From Bacteroidetes bacterium UBA6491 (GTDB lineage Bacteria > Bacteroidota > Bacteroidia > NS11-12g > UBA9320): a stretch of 37,798 nt of DNA. Below the pieces are notes generated by a model, which saw only the letters and a program-made list of their open reading frames with translations, was not told where the DNA came from and made no database searches. The stretch spans positions 1-37,798 of the forward strand of contig DJML01000003.1 of the NCBI GenBank assembly GCA_002436505.1. Reading direction: 5' to 3'. Position 1 is the first letter of the stretch; every line of letters begins with the position of its first letter. Below, in pieces: positions 7,356 to 16,100 of the stretch. The position numbers were made by a program, and so were the translations under genes.

Positions 7356-7372
7356 ATTGCTTTGGATCAAAA

Positions 7373-7978
7373 TCATTTGCCGAGTACATAAACGACATAA
7401 ATCCCAAACAAACGATTATAAAGCCCTGCCCTGTTCCAGATATTTAAACCATTGTCATAGTCGTCCCCTACCCTAACCAATGAATTCTGATGACGTAAAC
7501 CGATGCTGAATTGGTCAGACAGGTCATATTCCGCTCCTGCTAAAGCACCAAATTCCATCTTCCGTATTTCCGTATCCATCCACCCCAGCCCTAACTCATC
7601 TCTCATGGCAATAACATTTACTCCAACCGTAGGTCCGAAATAAAAAAGGAAATCTTTCTTTTCATAGGACAGTTTCAAAGGAAATTCAATGTAGTCAAAA
7701 CGAAGGCGAAAGAGGTCGGCTACAGGTTTATCAGGATCCGTTATTTCCTTGCTGCCTTTCATAGTGTACAAGATCTCGAAGCCCGAATACCATCTCTCAT
7801 TTATCTTGTAGTCAATTCGGATCCCCGCACTAAGACCGGTCTTGTTGTATCCGCTGATCTTATCCCCGTCTACCTGTGCGAATGTAGCACCGCCAAGCAA
7901 ACCTGCGCTGAACTGAGCTCTCGCACCAAAGACAAATAATGAACAGAGTAGAAAAAGTACTAAAATGTGTTTGCGCAT
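7373..7978 (-). CDS. Small outer-membrane beta-barrel protein (PorT-family / OMP_b-brl_2-type)
   Basis: Signal peptide MRKHILVLFLLCSLFVFGARAQ. Alternating-hydrophobic strands are present. The FDYIEFPLKLSY motif is typical of the PorT/porin-family 8-10 strand barrels of Bacteroidota. The C-terminal region is aromatic-rich. Confidence 0.75.
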   Translation of the reverse strand: MRKHILVLFLLCSLFVFGARAQFSAGLLGGATFAQVDGDKISGYNKTGLSAGIRIDYKINERWYSGFEILYTMKGSKEITDPDKPVADLFRLRFDYIEFPLKLSYEKKDFLFYFGPTVGVNVIAMRDELGLGWMDTEIRKMEFGALAGAEYDLSDQFSIGLRHQNSLVRVGDDYDNGLNIWNRAGLYNRLFGIYVVYVLGK

Positions 7979-7989
7979 CGGATCAAAAT

Positions 7990-7997
7990 TAATTTTG
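7990..7997 (+). promoter_or_regulatory. Candidate -7 promoter box (TAATTTTG) for the TerB-like gene
   Basis: Exact TAnnTTTG match in the divergent spacer 7979-8071. Motif match only. Confidence 0.35.
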
Positions 7998-8071
7998 AAA
8001 TATAGGATTTTGCATCTTCTTTGTGGTCATCAAATAGTAATTTGATTCAGGCAAATAGCTATCTTAGCAGC

Positions 8072-8434
8072 ATGGACAGGTATTCATTGGGAAAGTTAAA
8101 TAAGGACATCGCGGGATATTTAATGTTACTGATACTCGCTGAATCAGACGGCAATTTTGATCCGCGTGAAGGAGTTGTTGTGGTTGAGTTCTTACAGCGG
8201 GAATTTCCGCTGGGCGGTAATTTCGAATCAGCAGCAGAAATATTAGGGATGTTGCAACCCGAAGATTATAAAGAAGCCTTGCTTCAGCTTGCAGAACAAT
8301 TCTATGCTGATTCCAACGATTTTGAAAGAAAGCGTTTCATCGAATTTGCCCTTAAGCTTGTACAGGCAGACGAGAAGCTCGACGCTTTAGAGAATCAGTA
8401 CGTCACTATGCTATTTGAGGCCTGGGATATTTAG
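8072..8434 (+). CDS. Small cytoplasmic helical protein, TerB-like (tellurite-resistance TerB / DjlA-N-like fold) - tentative
   Basis: ATG at 8072 (MDRYSLGKLNKDIAGYLMLLILAESDGNFDPREGVVVVEFL...FIEFALKLVQADEKLDALENQYVTMLFEAWDI). The paired pattern of an amphipathic helix followed by AD(G/E)xxD/E recalls TerB-family proteins. The track start at 8021 is a TTG. The stop overlaps the rnc stop (convergent, 8431-8434). Confidence 0.5.
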   Translation: MDRYSLGKLNKDIAGYLMLLILAESDGNFDPREGVVVVEFLQREFPLGGNFESAAEILGMLQPEDYKEALLQLAEQFYADSNDFERKRFIEFALKLVQADEKLDALENQYVTMLFEAWDI

Positions 8435-9186
8435 TTAAGGCTTAGCTTCTCACAGACCATCTGGGCTGCTATTTTTTCTGCGGTTTTCTTTGAAAAATGT
8501 GTGGCACGTGCCAGTTCATCGCCGTCAATGATCAAAGCGATCGTAAATTTCCGCTCATGATTTTTCCCGTTCTCATCAACTATTCTGAATTCAATTACTT
8601 TTCTTTCCTTCTGGGCCCATTGGTTAAGAATGCTTTTGTAATTTTCGTTTAGTTTCTCAATTTCATCCAGGATAATGAACGGTTTTATCAATCGCTGGTA
8701 CACAAAATTAAAGGTAAAACTGTAGCCCATATCTAAATAAATGGCTCCGATCATTGCTTCCAGTGCATTTCCCGATAAGCTATTCATCACATGAGAAGAG
8801 GCAGAAACGTTCTTATCCGTTTTTAGGACTTCATGGATACCTATCTCCCTGGCAAGTTTTGCGAGTTGTTTCCTACTGACGATTCTTGACTTCATTTCCG
8901 TAAGGAAACCTTCTCCTTTAAAGGGGAATTTCCTGTACAACAATTCCGCGATCGTCAGATCAAGGACAGCATCTCCAAGATACTCAAGGCGTTCATTGCT
9001 GGTTTTCTCGCCTCCTACTCCCCGTTCAGAGGCAGAAAGGTGTCGAAATGCCTGTTCATAAAGTATAAAGCTTAATGGATAATAGCCTATGATGGAAGCG
9101 ATCTTGCCGTGGTACCGCCTTTCTTCACCTCGGGAGAAAAACAAGAATTTTAGCGCACCGAATACCCGCCTCAACTTATCCTTCAA
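8431..9186 (-). CDS. rnc: Ribonuclease III
   Basis: RNase III signature ERLEYLGDAVLDLTIAELLY, plus a C-terminal dsRBD-like region (KSILNQWAQK...FTIALIIDGDELARATHFSKKTAEKIAAQ). The start overlaps the fabF 3' end by 11 nt. Confidence 0.92.
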   Translation of the reverse strand: MKDKLRRVFGALKFLFFSRGEERRYHGKIASIIGYYPLSFILYEQAFRHLSASERGVGGEKTSNERLEYLGDAVLDLTIAELLYRKFPFKGEGFLTEMKSRIVSRKQLAKLAREIGIHEVLKTDKNVSASSHVMNSLSGNALEAMIGAIYLDMGYSFTFNFVYQRLIKPFIILDEIEKLNENYKSILNQWAQKERKVIEFRIVDENGKNHERKFTIALIIDGDELARATHFSKKTAEKIAAQMVCEKLSLN

Positions 9187-10429
9187 ATTTTTTGAGAATC
9201 AACGATGAATTGTGACCCCCAAAACCAAATGTGTTGCTCAACGCTGCCTTAACCTCTCTTTTTTGCGCTGTATTAAAAGTGAGATTTAATCTTGGGTCGA
9301 ACGCCTCATCATCGGTAAAATGATTAATTGTAGGAGGCACGATTCCTTCATATATGGCCATGATACAGGCCAAAGCTTCCACTGCACCGGCAGCACCCAG
9401 CAGGTGACCGGTCATGGACTTGGTTGAACTGATATTCAGTTTAAATGCATGTTCACCGAACACCTGCTGTATCGCTTTTGATTCGCTGATATCACCCAGT
9501 GGTGTAGAGGTTCCGTGAACATTCACATAATCAATCTCTTCAGGTCTCATGCCAGCATCATCTAACGCGGATATCATCACATTAGTAGCACCTAATCCTT
9601 CAGGATGAGGGGCAGTGATGTGGTATGCGTCTGCTGACTGGCCTGAACCTGCAATTTCTGCATATATTTTGGCTCCTCTGGCTTTGGCATGTTCGTACTC
9701 TTCAAGGATCAGTGCTGCTGCACCTTCTCCAAGCACGAATCCATCCCGGTCCTTGTCAAAGGGCCTGGAAGCAGTTTTAAAGTCATCGTTCCTTTCAGAA
9801 AGGGCCTTCATTGAATTAAAACCTCCCATTGCCATTTCATTCACAGCGGCTTCAGATCCTCCGGTCACCATAATATCAGCCTTACCAAGACGGATATAGT
9901 TGTAGGCATCAGAAATGGAATGATTAGAAGATGCACATGCAGAAACGGTTGCAAAATTTGGCCCTCGAAGGCCATATTTAATAGAAATGTACCCAGCGCT
10001 AATGTCGGCGATCATCATAGGTACGAAGAAAGGGCTGACACGGGGCGTTCCATCGCCGGAAACATAATCCCTTGTCTCCTTAAGGAAAGTGTATATACCA
10101 CCGATTCCGGTACCCCAAATCACCCCGGCCCGATCAACGTCAAATTGCTCATCGATCAAGCCGGAGTCCCTCATCGCTTCGTCCGCAACAACCATTGCGT
10201 AGTGCGTAAAAGGGTCCATTTTTCGGGCTTCCTTACGGTCAATATGATCCTGGACGTCAAAATTTTTGACCTCACACGCAAATTTCGTCCTGAACTTTTC
10301 GGCATCAAAACGGGTGATCTCATTGGCACCGCTTACGCTGCCGGCAAGACCGTTCCAATACTCGCGTACGTTATTCCCGATCGGAGTTAACGCACCAAGC
10401 CCAGTAACTACAACTCGCTTCAGATCCAT
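9176..10429 (-). CDS. fabF: Beta-ketoacyl-ACP synthase II
   Basis: RVVVTGLGALTPIGN, active-site ACASSNHSI, HGTSTPLGD and KSMTGHLLGAAG form the KAS II Cys-His-His triad context. The position directly downstream of acpP fits. Confidence 0.95.
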   Translation of the reverse strand: MDLKRVVVTGLGALTPIGNNVREYWNGLAGSVSGANEITRFDAEKFRTKFACEVKNFDVQDHIDRKEARKMDPFTHYAMVVADEAMRDSGLIDEQFDVDRAGVIWGTGIGGIYTFLKETRDYVSGDGTPRVSPFFVPMMIADISAGYISIKYGLRGPNFATVSACASSNHSISDAYNYIRLGKADIMVTGGSEAAVNEMAMGGFNSMKALSERNDDFKTASRPFDKDRDGFVLGEGAAALILEEYEHAKARGAKIYAEIAGSGQSADAYHITAPHPEGLGATNVMISALDDAGMRPEEIDYVNVHGTSTPLGDISESKAIQQVFGEHAFKLNISSTKSMTGHLLGAAGAVEALACIMAIYEGIVPPTINHFTDDEAFDPRLNLTFNTAQKREVKAALSNTFGFGGHNSSLILKKFEG

Positions 10430-10435
10430 TCCGGA

Positions 10436-10672
10436 TTATTTTGTGTTTCCTTCGATGTAAGAAACAGCTTCTCCTACTGTAGAGATTTTCTCTGCCTGCT
10501 CGTCAGGAATGGCGATGTTGAATTCTTTTTCAAATTCCATGATCAATTCCACTGTGTCCAACGAATCGGCACCAAGGTCATTTGTGAAACTTGCTTCTTG
10601 AGTTACTTCTGACTCTTCTACTCCCAATTTGTCAACTATGATAGCTGTTACTTTTGATGCAATATCTGACAT
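10436..10672 (-). CDS. acpP: Acyl carrier protein
   Basis: [51 protein letters not shown] with the DSLD phosphopantetheine-attachment Ser. I trimmed the track ORF (GTG at 10729) to the ATG at 10672. Confidence 0.95.
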   Translation of the reverse strand: MSDIASKVTAIIVDKLGVEESEVTQEASFTNDLGADSLDTVELIMEFEKEFNIAIPDEQAEKISTVGEAVSYIEGNTK

Positions 10673-10750
10673 TGTCTTTACTTTTTGATTTTGTAAGGTG
10701 CAAAGAACATTTTTTTGATACAAAAACACAAGTAAAAATATCAGACAAGG

Positions 10751-10758
10751 TAATTTTG
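10751..10758 (+). promoter_or_regulatory. Candidate -7 promoter box (TAATTTTG) for the 10775-13124 operon
   Basis: Exact TAnnTTTG match ending 16 nt upstream of the ATG at 10775. Confidence 0.4.
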
Positions 10759-10774
10759 AACATTATTCCACCTT

Positions 10775-11188
10775 ATGAAGGTTCATACATTAATAGTTGA
10801 CGAAAAGCCGGGAGTGCGCCTATTTGGGATAGTTCACGGCGATAAATTCCATCTCGCAGCATGGAAGTTAAATAAAATTCTTCCTTTCCCGTTAGAGCGG
10901 ATCGAAGATATAAAACTGGACCTGAACGGCAAAGAATCGTACTTTGGACGCTATTCTGCTTTTGATCCGGATATGGAAACGGAAATAATTTTCCTTAAGA
11001 ACAGAGGTACTTTCGGTTATTTAATACAGGAGTTTAAACAATTTGATTTTCTTTTAATGGAAAGGAACTATGATTGCGACTTTATTGAAGATCTGCAAGA
11101 GTCCGTAATATTGGCGGGTATTGAACACGTAATTCCTGTAGATTTTGAAAACTTACGACCTCAATCAAGGGTTAACTTAGAAATATGA
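10775..11188 (+). CDS. Small conserved hypothetical protein (possibly the Bacteroidota IPExxxVDY family)
   Basis: 137-aa ORF with no transmembrane segment or signal peptide. The C-terminal GIEHVIPVDFENL loosely resembles the family-defining IPExxxVDY motif, and the size fits. The stop overlaps the pyk start (ATGA, 11185-11188). The family call is from memory and weak. Confidence 0.55.
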   Translation: MKVHTLIVDEKPGVRLFGIVHGDKFHLAAWKLNKILPFPLERIEDIKLDLNGKESYFGRYSAFDPDMETEIIFLKNRGTFGYLIQEFKQFDFLLMERNYDCDFIEDLQESVILAGIEHVIPVDFENLRPQSRVNLEI

Positions 11189-12621
11189 ATGGCATTCTGC
11201 ATTATAACAAGACAAAGATCATAGCCACCATCGGGCCGGCTACAGAATCAAAAGAGATGCTAAGAGCACTTTTAATGGAAGGCGTGGATGTTTGTCGTAT
11301 TAATTTTTCCCATGGCTCGTTCGAACAGCATGAGAACGTTATCCGTAACATCCATGAATTGAATGATGAGCTCAATCTGAATACAAGTATTCTGGGTGAC
11401 CTGCAAGGTCCTAAACTTCGTATCGGCCGTGTAGAGAATGACGAGATCGAAATTGAGACAGGTAAAACCATTCTTTGTACGAACAAGGAGTGCATTGGAA
11501 CTAATGAAAAGATATACATCAAATATGAAAGGCTAACGGAGGATCTTAATCCGGGTGAAAGGATATTGATCGATGACGGGAAAATACACCTCATCGTGGA
11601 TCGGGTCGTGGATAAAAACACCATTAGTGCCCGAATCGACCATGGAGGAAAGGTCCTTTCAAAAAAAGGTTTCAATTTACCCGATACTGACCTCACTGTT
11701 ACTACCCTTACGGATAAAGACATCGAGGATCTGGATTTTGCCATTAAACACGACGTTGACTGGATAGGCCTTAGTTTTGTTCGCCGAGCGACGGATGTCG
11801 ACCTTGTTCGCAGCCTTATCAGAAAAGAAGAAGGGTACCAGAAGATCATTGCTAAAATCGAAAAGCCCCAGGCTGTAGAGAACATTGATGAAATTATCGC
11901 TGCTGCTGATGGAATTATGGTTGCCCGTGGTGACCTTGGTGTTGAACTGCCCATGGAACGTGTTCCGGTAATACAGAAACAGATCGTAGAGAAATGTCTA
12001 GCCAACTCCAAGCCGGTGATCATAGCTACACAAATGATGGAGAGCATGATCAGTAGCCCCACTCCTACCAGGGCAGAGACCAACGATGTTGCGAATGCGG
12101 TAATGGATGGTGCAGATGCAGTGATGCTGAGTGCAGAGACATCTATTGGTAAATTCCCTTTAAAAGCGGTACAGGCAGTGGAGAAGATCCTGGAGTCGAC
12201 TGAAAGGGAATGGGATATCTATCATAAGGGGAAGAAACCAAACAAGAATTCTCCTTCCTTCTTATCGGACGAGATCTGTTTTACTGCTGTACGGATAAGC
12301 GACCATATCAAGGCAAAAGCGATCATATCTCTTACATATTCAGGATATACAGCCTTTAAGATTGCTGCTTTCCGGCCTAATTGTCATATATTTATATTTA
12401 CTGCCAACAAAGGACTTTTCAGATTATTGAGCCTGGTGTGGAATATCCGTGTGTTCTACTATGACAAAATGCAAAGTACTGACCGTACTATTAAGGACAT
12501 TCTGAACATTTTAAAGGAAAACGGGTTGTTAAACAAAGATGATCTGGTAGTTCACACAGCAAGCATGCCTATTCAGGAAAAAATGAGAACGAACACCCTA
12601 AAGATAAGCAAGGTTGAATAA
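11185..12621 (+). CDS. pyk: Pyruvate kinase
   Basis: KTKIIATIGPAT...GVDVCRINFSHG...GPKLRIG...IIAKIEKPQAVENIDEII...GIMVARGDLGVELP...ATQMMESM are classical pyruvate kinase motifs. The product is 478 aa. Confidence 0.93.
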   Translation: MNGILHYNKTKIIATIGPATESKEMLRALLMEGVDVCRINFSHGSFEQHENVIRNIHELNDELNLNTSILGDLQGPKLRIGRVENDEIEIETGKTILCTNKECIGTNEKIYIKYERLTEDLNPGERILIDDGKIHLIVDRVVDKNTISARIDHGGKVLSKKGFNLPDTDLTVTTLTDKDIEDLDFAIKHDVDWIGLSFVRRATDVDLVRSLIRKEEGYQKIIAKIEKPQAVENIDEIIAAADGIMVARGDLGVELPMERVPVIQKQIVEKCLANSKPVIIATQMMESMISSPTPTRAETNDVANAVMDGADAVMLSAETSIGKFPLKAVQAVEKILESTEREWDIYHKGKKPNKNSPSFLSDEICFTAVRISDHIKAKAIISLTYSGYTAFKIAAFRPNCHIFIFTANKGLFRLLSLVWNIRVFYYDKMQSTDRTIKDILNILKENGLLNKDDLVVHTASMPIQEKMRTNTLKISKVE

Positions 12622-13124
12622 TGAGCGAGATAATTAACAGAGTGTCCAACAGCCCTCTTGTCACTATTGATATGGAGGATCTATTCGATTTTGGCGAGAT
12701 CGTGCATTTTGACATGAAGGATCGCCTTTTCCAGGGACTTATACTCAAGGAAAAGGATTTTCGGGCTTTTATAGCAGAACACGACTGGTCTGCCTACAAG
12801 GGCAAATACGTTGCCGTTTTCTGCAGTGTTGATGCTATCCTGCCTACCTGGGCATATATGCTTGTAGCAAACAGGTTGCAACCGTATGCAAAGGACTTTC
12901 ATTTTGGCACAGGGGAAGAACTGATCCAGGCGGTGTATGATAAACTGATCGACAATATAGACGTATCAGCATACGATAATAAAATGGTGGTCATAAAAGG
13001 ATGTTTCAATAAACCTGTACCTACCGGCGCTTACGTGGCCATTACCAAAAAACTAACACCGCATGTAAAAAGTCTGATGTTTGGGGAAGCATGCAGCACT
13101 GTTCCTATCTATAAAAGGAAATAA
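12621..13124 (+). CDS. Conserved hypothetical protein (DUF2480-like)
   Basis: 167-aa ORF whose ATG shares one nucleotide with the pyk stop (TAATG). The sequence NRVSNSPLVTIDMEDLF...GLILKEKDFRAFIAEHDWSAYKGKYVAVFCSVDAILPTWAYMLV matches my recollection of the Bacteroidota DUF2480 family. Not verified by search. Confidence 0.65.
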   Translation: MSEIINRVSNSPLVTIDMEDLFDFGEIVHFDMKDRLFQGLILKEKDFRAFIAEHDWSAYKGKYVAVFCSVDAILPTWAYMLVANRLQPYAKDFHFGTGEELIQAVYDKLIDNIDVSAYDNKMVVIKGCFNKPVPTGAYVAITKKLTPHVKSLMFGEACSTVPIYKRK

Positions 13125-13136
13125 CCCTGTTAAAGG

Positions 13137-13169
13137 AATAAGAAAACACGCAATAGTCCGGTTCTTATT
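13137..13169. terminator. Weak AT-rich stem-loop between convergent operons (possible bidirectional terminator)
   Basis: AATAAGAA (13137-13144) and TTCTTATT (13162-13169) are perfect 8-bp complements separated by a 17-nt loop. The element lies in the 53-nt gap between the pyk operon and tamB. The stem is AT-only and the loop is long, hence the low confidence. Confidence 0.25.
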
Positions 13170-13177
13170 TACTGTGT

Positions 13178-16100
13178 TTACCGCTTCCAGTTTTTCTTAC
13201 GAAATGATATTGTATCCATCTCACGTCTGATATAGAAACCAACGCCTGCCTGGTTAGTCGTGTTCTTGACGCTGGAGGTCGGATCATTCGCACGTTTCCA
13301 AAAAGCCTGGACCTTCACCCTTCCGTCAGCTGTAATGTTGTAAATTGCTTTCACCTCGACAGGATTCTGAGATTCTGCCTTCGCTGCAGTCGCACCTGAG
13401 AACCCAAGTTCCAGTTTATCCTTGTAAAGTTTTTTTCGGACATTCAGTTCGAGCTGATCACGTTGTTCAGTCGTTACACTTGACCAGTTCACCCCGACTT
13501 CCCATCCGGGTACGTCTTTAAGCATTTGGTTCATATATTTATTCAGAATTCCACTCACACTATTGGACAAAGACTGTGTGCCGAGTCCGCCGACATCCAG
13601 AGTTTCAGTTCCTGATGAAGAAACGAATGTACCCAGGGCAAGCACCGCAAAAAACTGTCTGTTCAATTCATCTTCGTTGGATTCTATTTCACGCATACGA
13701 GCCATGAATTCACTAGGTCTGCTGACATTGCTTGAAATATCAGGGAAGTCCAGACCAAATTTGATATCTGGACTGAATAATTCGCCTCGTAAGAACAACT
13801 GACAATCCACCGGGATCGGCTTGTAATAATCCGCCTGTTCTGATCCACTGAACAACGCTGATGGGTCAGCGGTCTTTCTGACGGTCGCTTCCATGTCAAT
13901 TCTGGCCTTATACGGATCTCCGTCCCAGCTGATTCTTCCTCCTTTTTTAAAAATAAAGTTTTCGGAAACGAACAGAGCATTGTACGGATACGATCCTTCT
14001 TCGACCGTATAGTCACCAAACATATAGAAATCTCCGAAACTGTTGATCTCCATTCGAATGGTCCCTGTACCTTTACCTGTAATTATATCTCCTGTTCCCT
14101 CATCAAAAATAAGGTCGATCTGAGCCAAAGGTGTAACCTCAAATGCGAGGTCCATCGTAAAACCTTCTATTTTCTGACGGACTTCCTTTTGGGCCGATTC
14201 ATCCTCATCAAGTTCCACAAATTGGATGTAGCTTACTGTAGTATTTGTATTCTCTGATTCCAGCGGGATCTTTATATGCGTGCCTTTCTTTGACTTTGCA
14301 TTTACTTTCACATAAACATTGTCTATGGGCCCTGTTACTTCCACACTGCCGTCAACCACCGCAGTCCCATAAAAATAATCATTGTCCTTACGTGTGGTCT
14401 TCATTGCGATGAAATCTTTCAGTTCTGTGACCTTTACATCCATTACCAGATTCGAGAATTGTTTATGACTTACTGAACCTTTCAGCTTGCCTGTATGGCC
14501 TTTCTCGTCTGAAATGGTATTATCGCGTATGATGATCTGGTCTTTTTTTAACTCTACAGTGCCCGAAACCGTATAATCTGCCTTAAAGTAATCAATGATC
14601 ATGGACACATCTTCAAGGTACACTTTCCCCGAAACCTCAGGAGCATCAAATGTACCTGCAACTAAAAGATTCAGAGAAACTGTTCCTTCAAGATCTGTTA
14701 ATTCACCTCCTAAAAAGGGCTCAAATGGTTTCACGCTCCCATGTGTCATGTTCACTTTCAGATTCATTTTCTGAACATCCGGATGCATGTTTAAGTCACC
14801 CGCCACCTTTATATCCTTGAACATTCCCTTATTCATGCTTCCTTCCACTGACAACATCAACGGGTCATCCTTTCTGCTTAGAGCTAAAAGTGAAACATCC
14901 CCAAGGGTATCCCCGTTCAGGTAAAAATTCATTGTCTGGAGATCTCCGCTGAAAACAGGTCCATCCATCGCTTTCAATATGTTCACATGGCCGTTTGTCC
15001 GGCCTGCAATTTCAATGCCTGAAGACCCCAGTAAAGGATTCAGGTTGTTTAGTTCAAATTCTTCAAGTTCAATGAGCAAGCTGTCTGTTATTGATTTTCC
15101 AGCAATACCGTTCACATGAATAGATTGTCCCATGTCAAAGAGCCGTAGGTTTGCAATTCTTACCTGGTCGCCGGTATAAACGACTTCATTGTTATTCCCT
15201 ATATCCCATTTTCTGCCATTGACGAATATCATTGATTCTTCAAGCTTAAGATTTATCGTGTCGCCTGAGAAACTTGCCAGTCCATAAGATCGCAATGCAA
15301 TATCGTCCTCGGTTTCGGCAAAATTGAACAGGAAATCGATCTGGTTCGGCAGTATACTCGCGTTAAGGATGGCATTGGTCGTAAGCAATTCCCTTTTATC
15401 GTATATTGCATCAACAAGGACACTCATGTTGAGAAGATCAGCAGGTTCCTTGATCACATTAAGATCGATACGTTCAAAAAGTGTCTCACCATATTTGAGC
15501 ATACTTACTTTGGCATCTGCAGTGAGCGATCTTTTTAAAGAAGAATATTTTCCAATAAAAATACCCGGTCCCACGATAAATTGGCTATCCAGCAGAACGG
15601 TCAGGAAATCGCTTTTATTCACACGAATTCTGAAATCAATGTCCACGGGTGAATCAAGTGGCTTTTGTACCTCATAATATTCCGGGAAAAGGTCCGCCAG
15701 AAAAACGTCGTACACCTGGGCAATGTCATTCATGTCGTACTTTCCTGACATCTGAACATCAACAACGTCAGAGTATAATGACAAATATCTCGATGTATCC
15801 TGCTTTCCTGCAAAAAGTTCAACTGCATTAAGCTCAACATCCCGGCCATCTCTTTTTATTGAAATGTTTGATACCTTTAAAGTTCCATCAAGATCATTTA
15901 GTCCTGTCCCGGTCATTTCACATCCTATCCCTGCTTTTATGGTAGTGGGTACATTATCAAGACCAAGTGCCAACAGATCCAGATGATCGATATCAAGGAA
16001 AAAATTATAGTATGGTGTGGTAGATTTTAGATCCACCTTACCTTCAAAGGTGATTCTCGCATTCTCATCTTCGATGGAAGCTTTTCCTATAAATTTACTG

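Noticed and set aside
7232-7447. 71-aa plus-strand ORF (TTG start) in the 7195-7372 spacer
   Set aside because: It has a non-ATG start and low-complexity Phe/Leu/Ser-rich sequence. It runs through the terminator hairpin and into the antisense of the OMP gene, so it is not credible as a gene.
8021-8071. TTG-initiated 17-aa extension of the TerB-like ORF. Similar track extensions occur at 10673-10729 (acpP, GTG), 18588-18635, 28703-28747 and 36432-36494 (TTG).
   Set aside because: In each case a downstream ATG yields the canonical N-terminus (ACP MSDIASK, a signal peptide or lipobox, the HldD MIVVTGAAGFIGS). The extension adds non-conserved sequence or overlaps a neighbouring gene.
11202-12083. 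293-aa minus-strand ORF entirely inside pyk
   Set aside because: It is the antisense shadow of a strongly supported gene. The translation is a Ser/Arg/Leu-rich low-complexity string with no recognisable motif and no promoter or start context.
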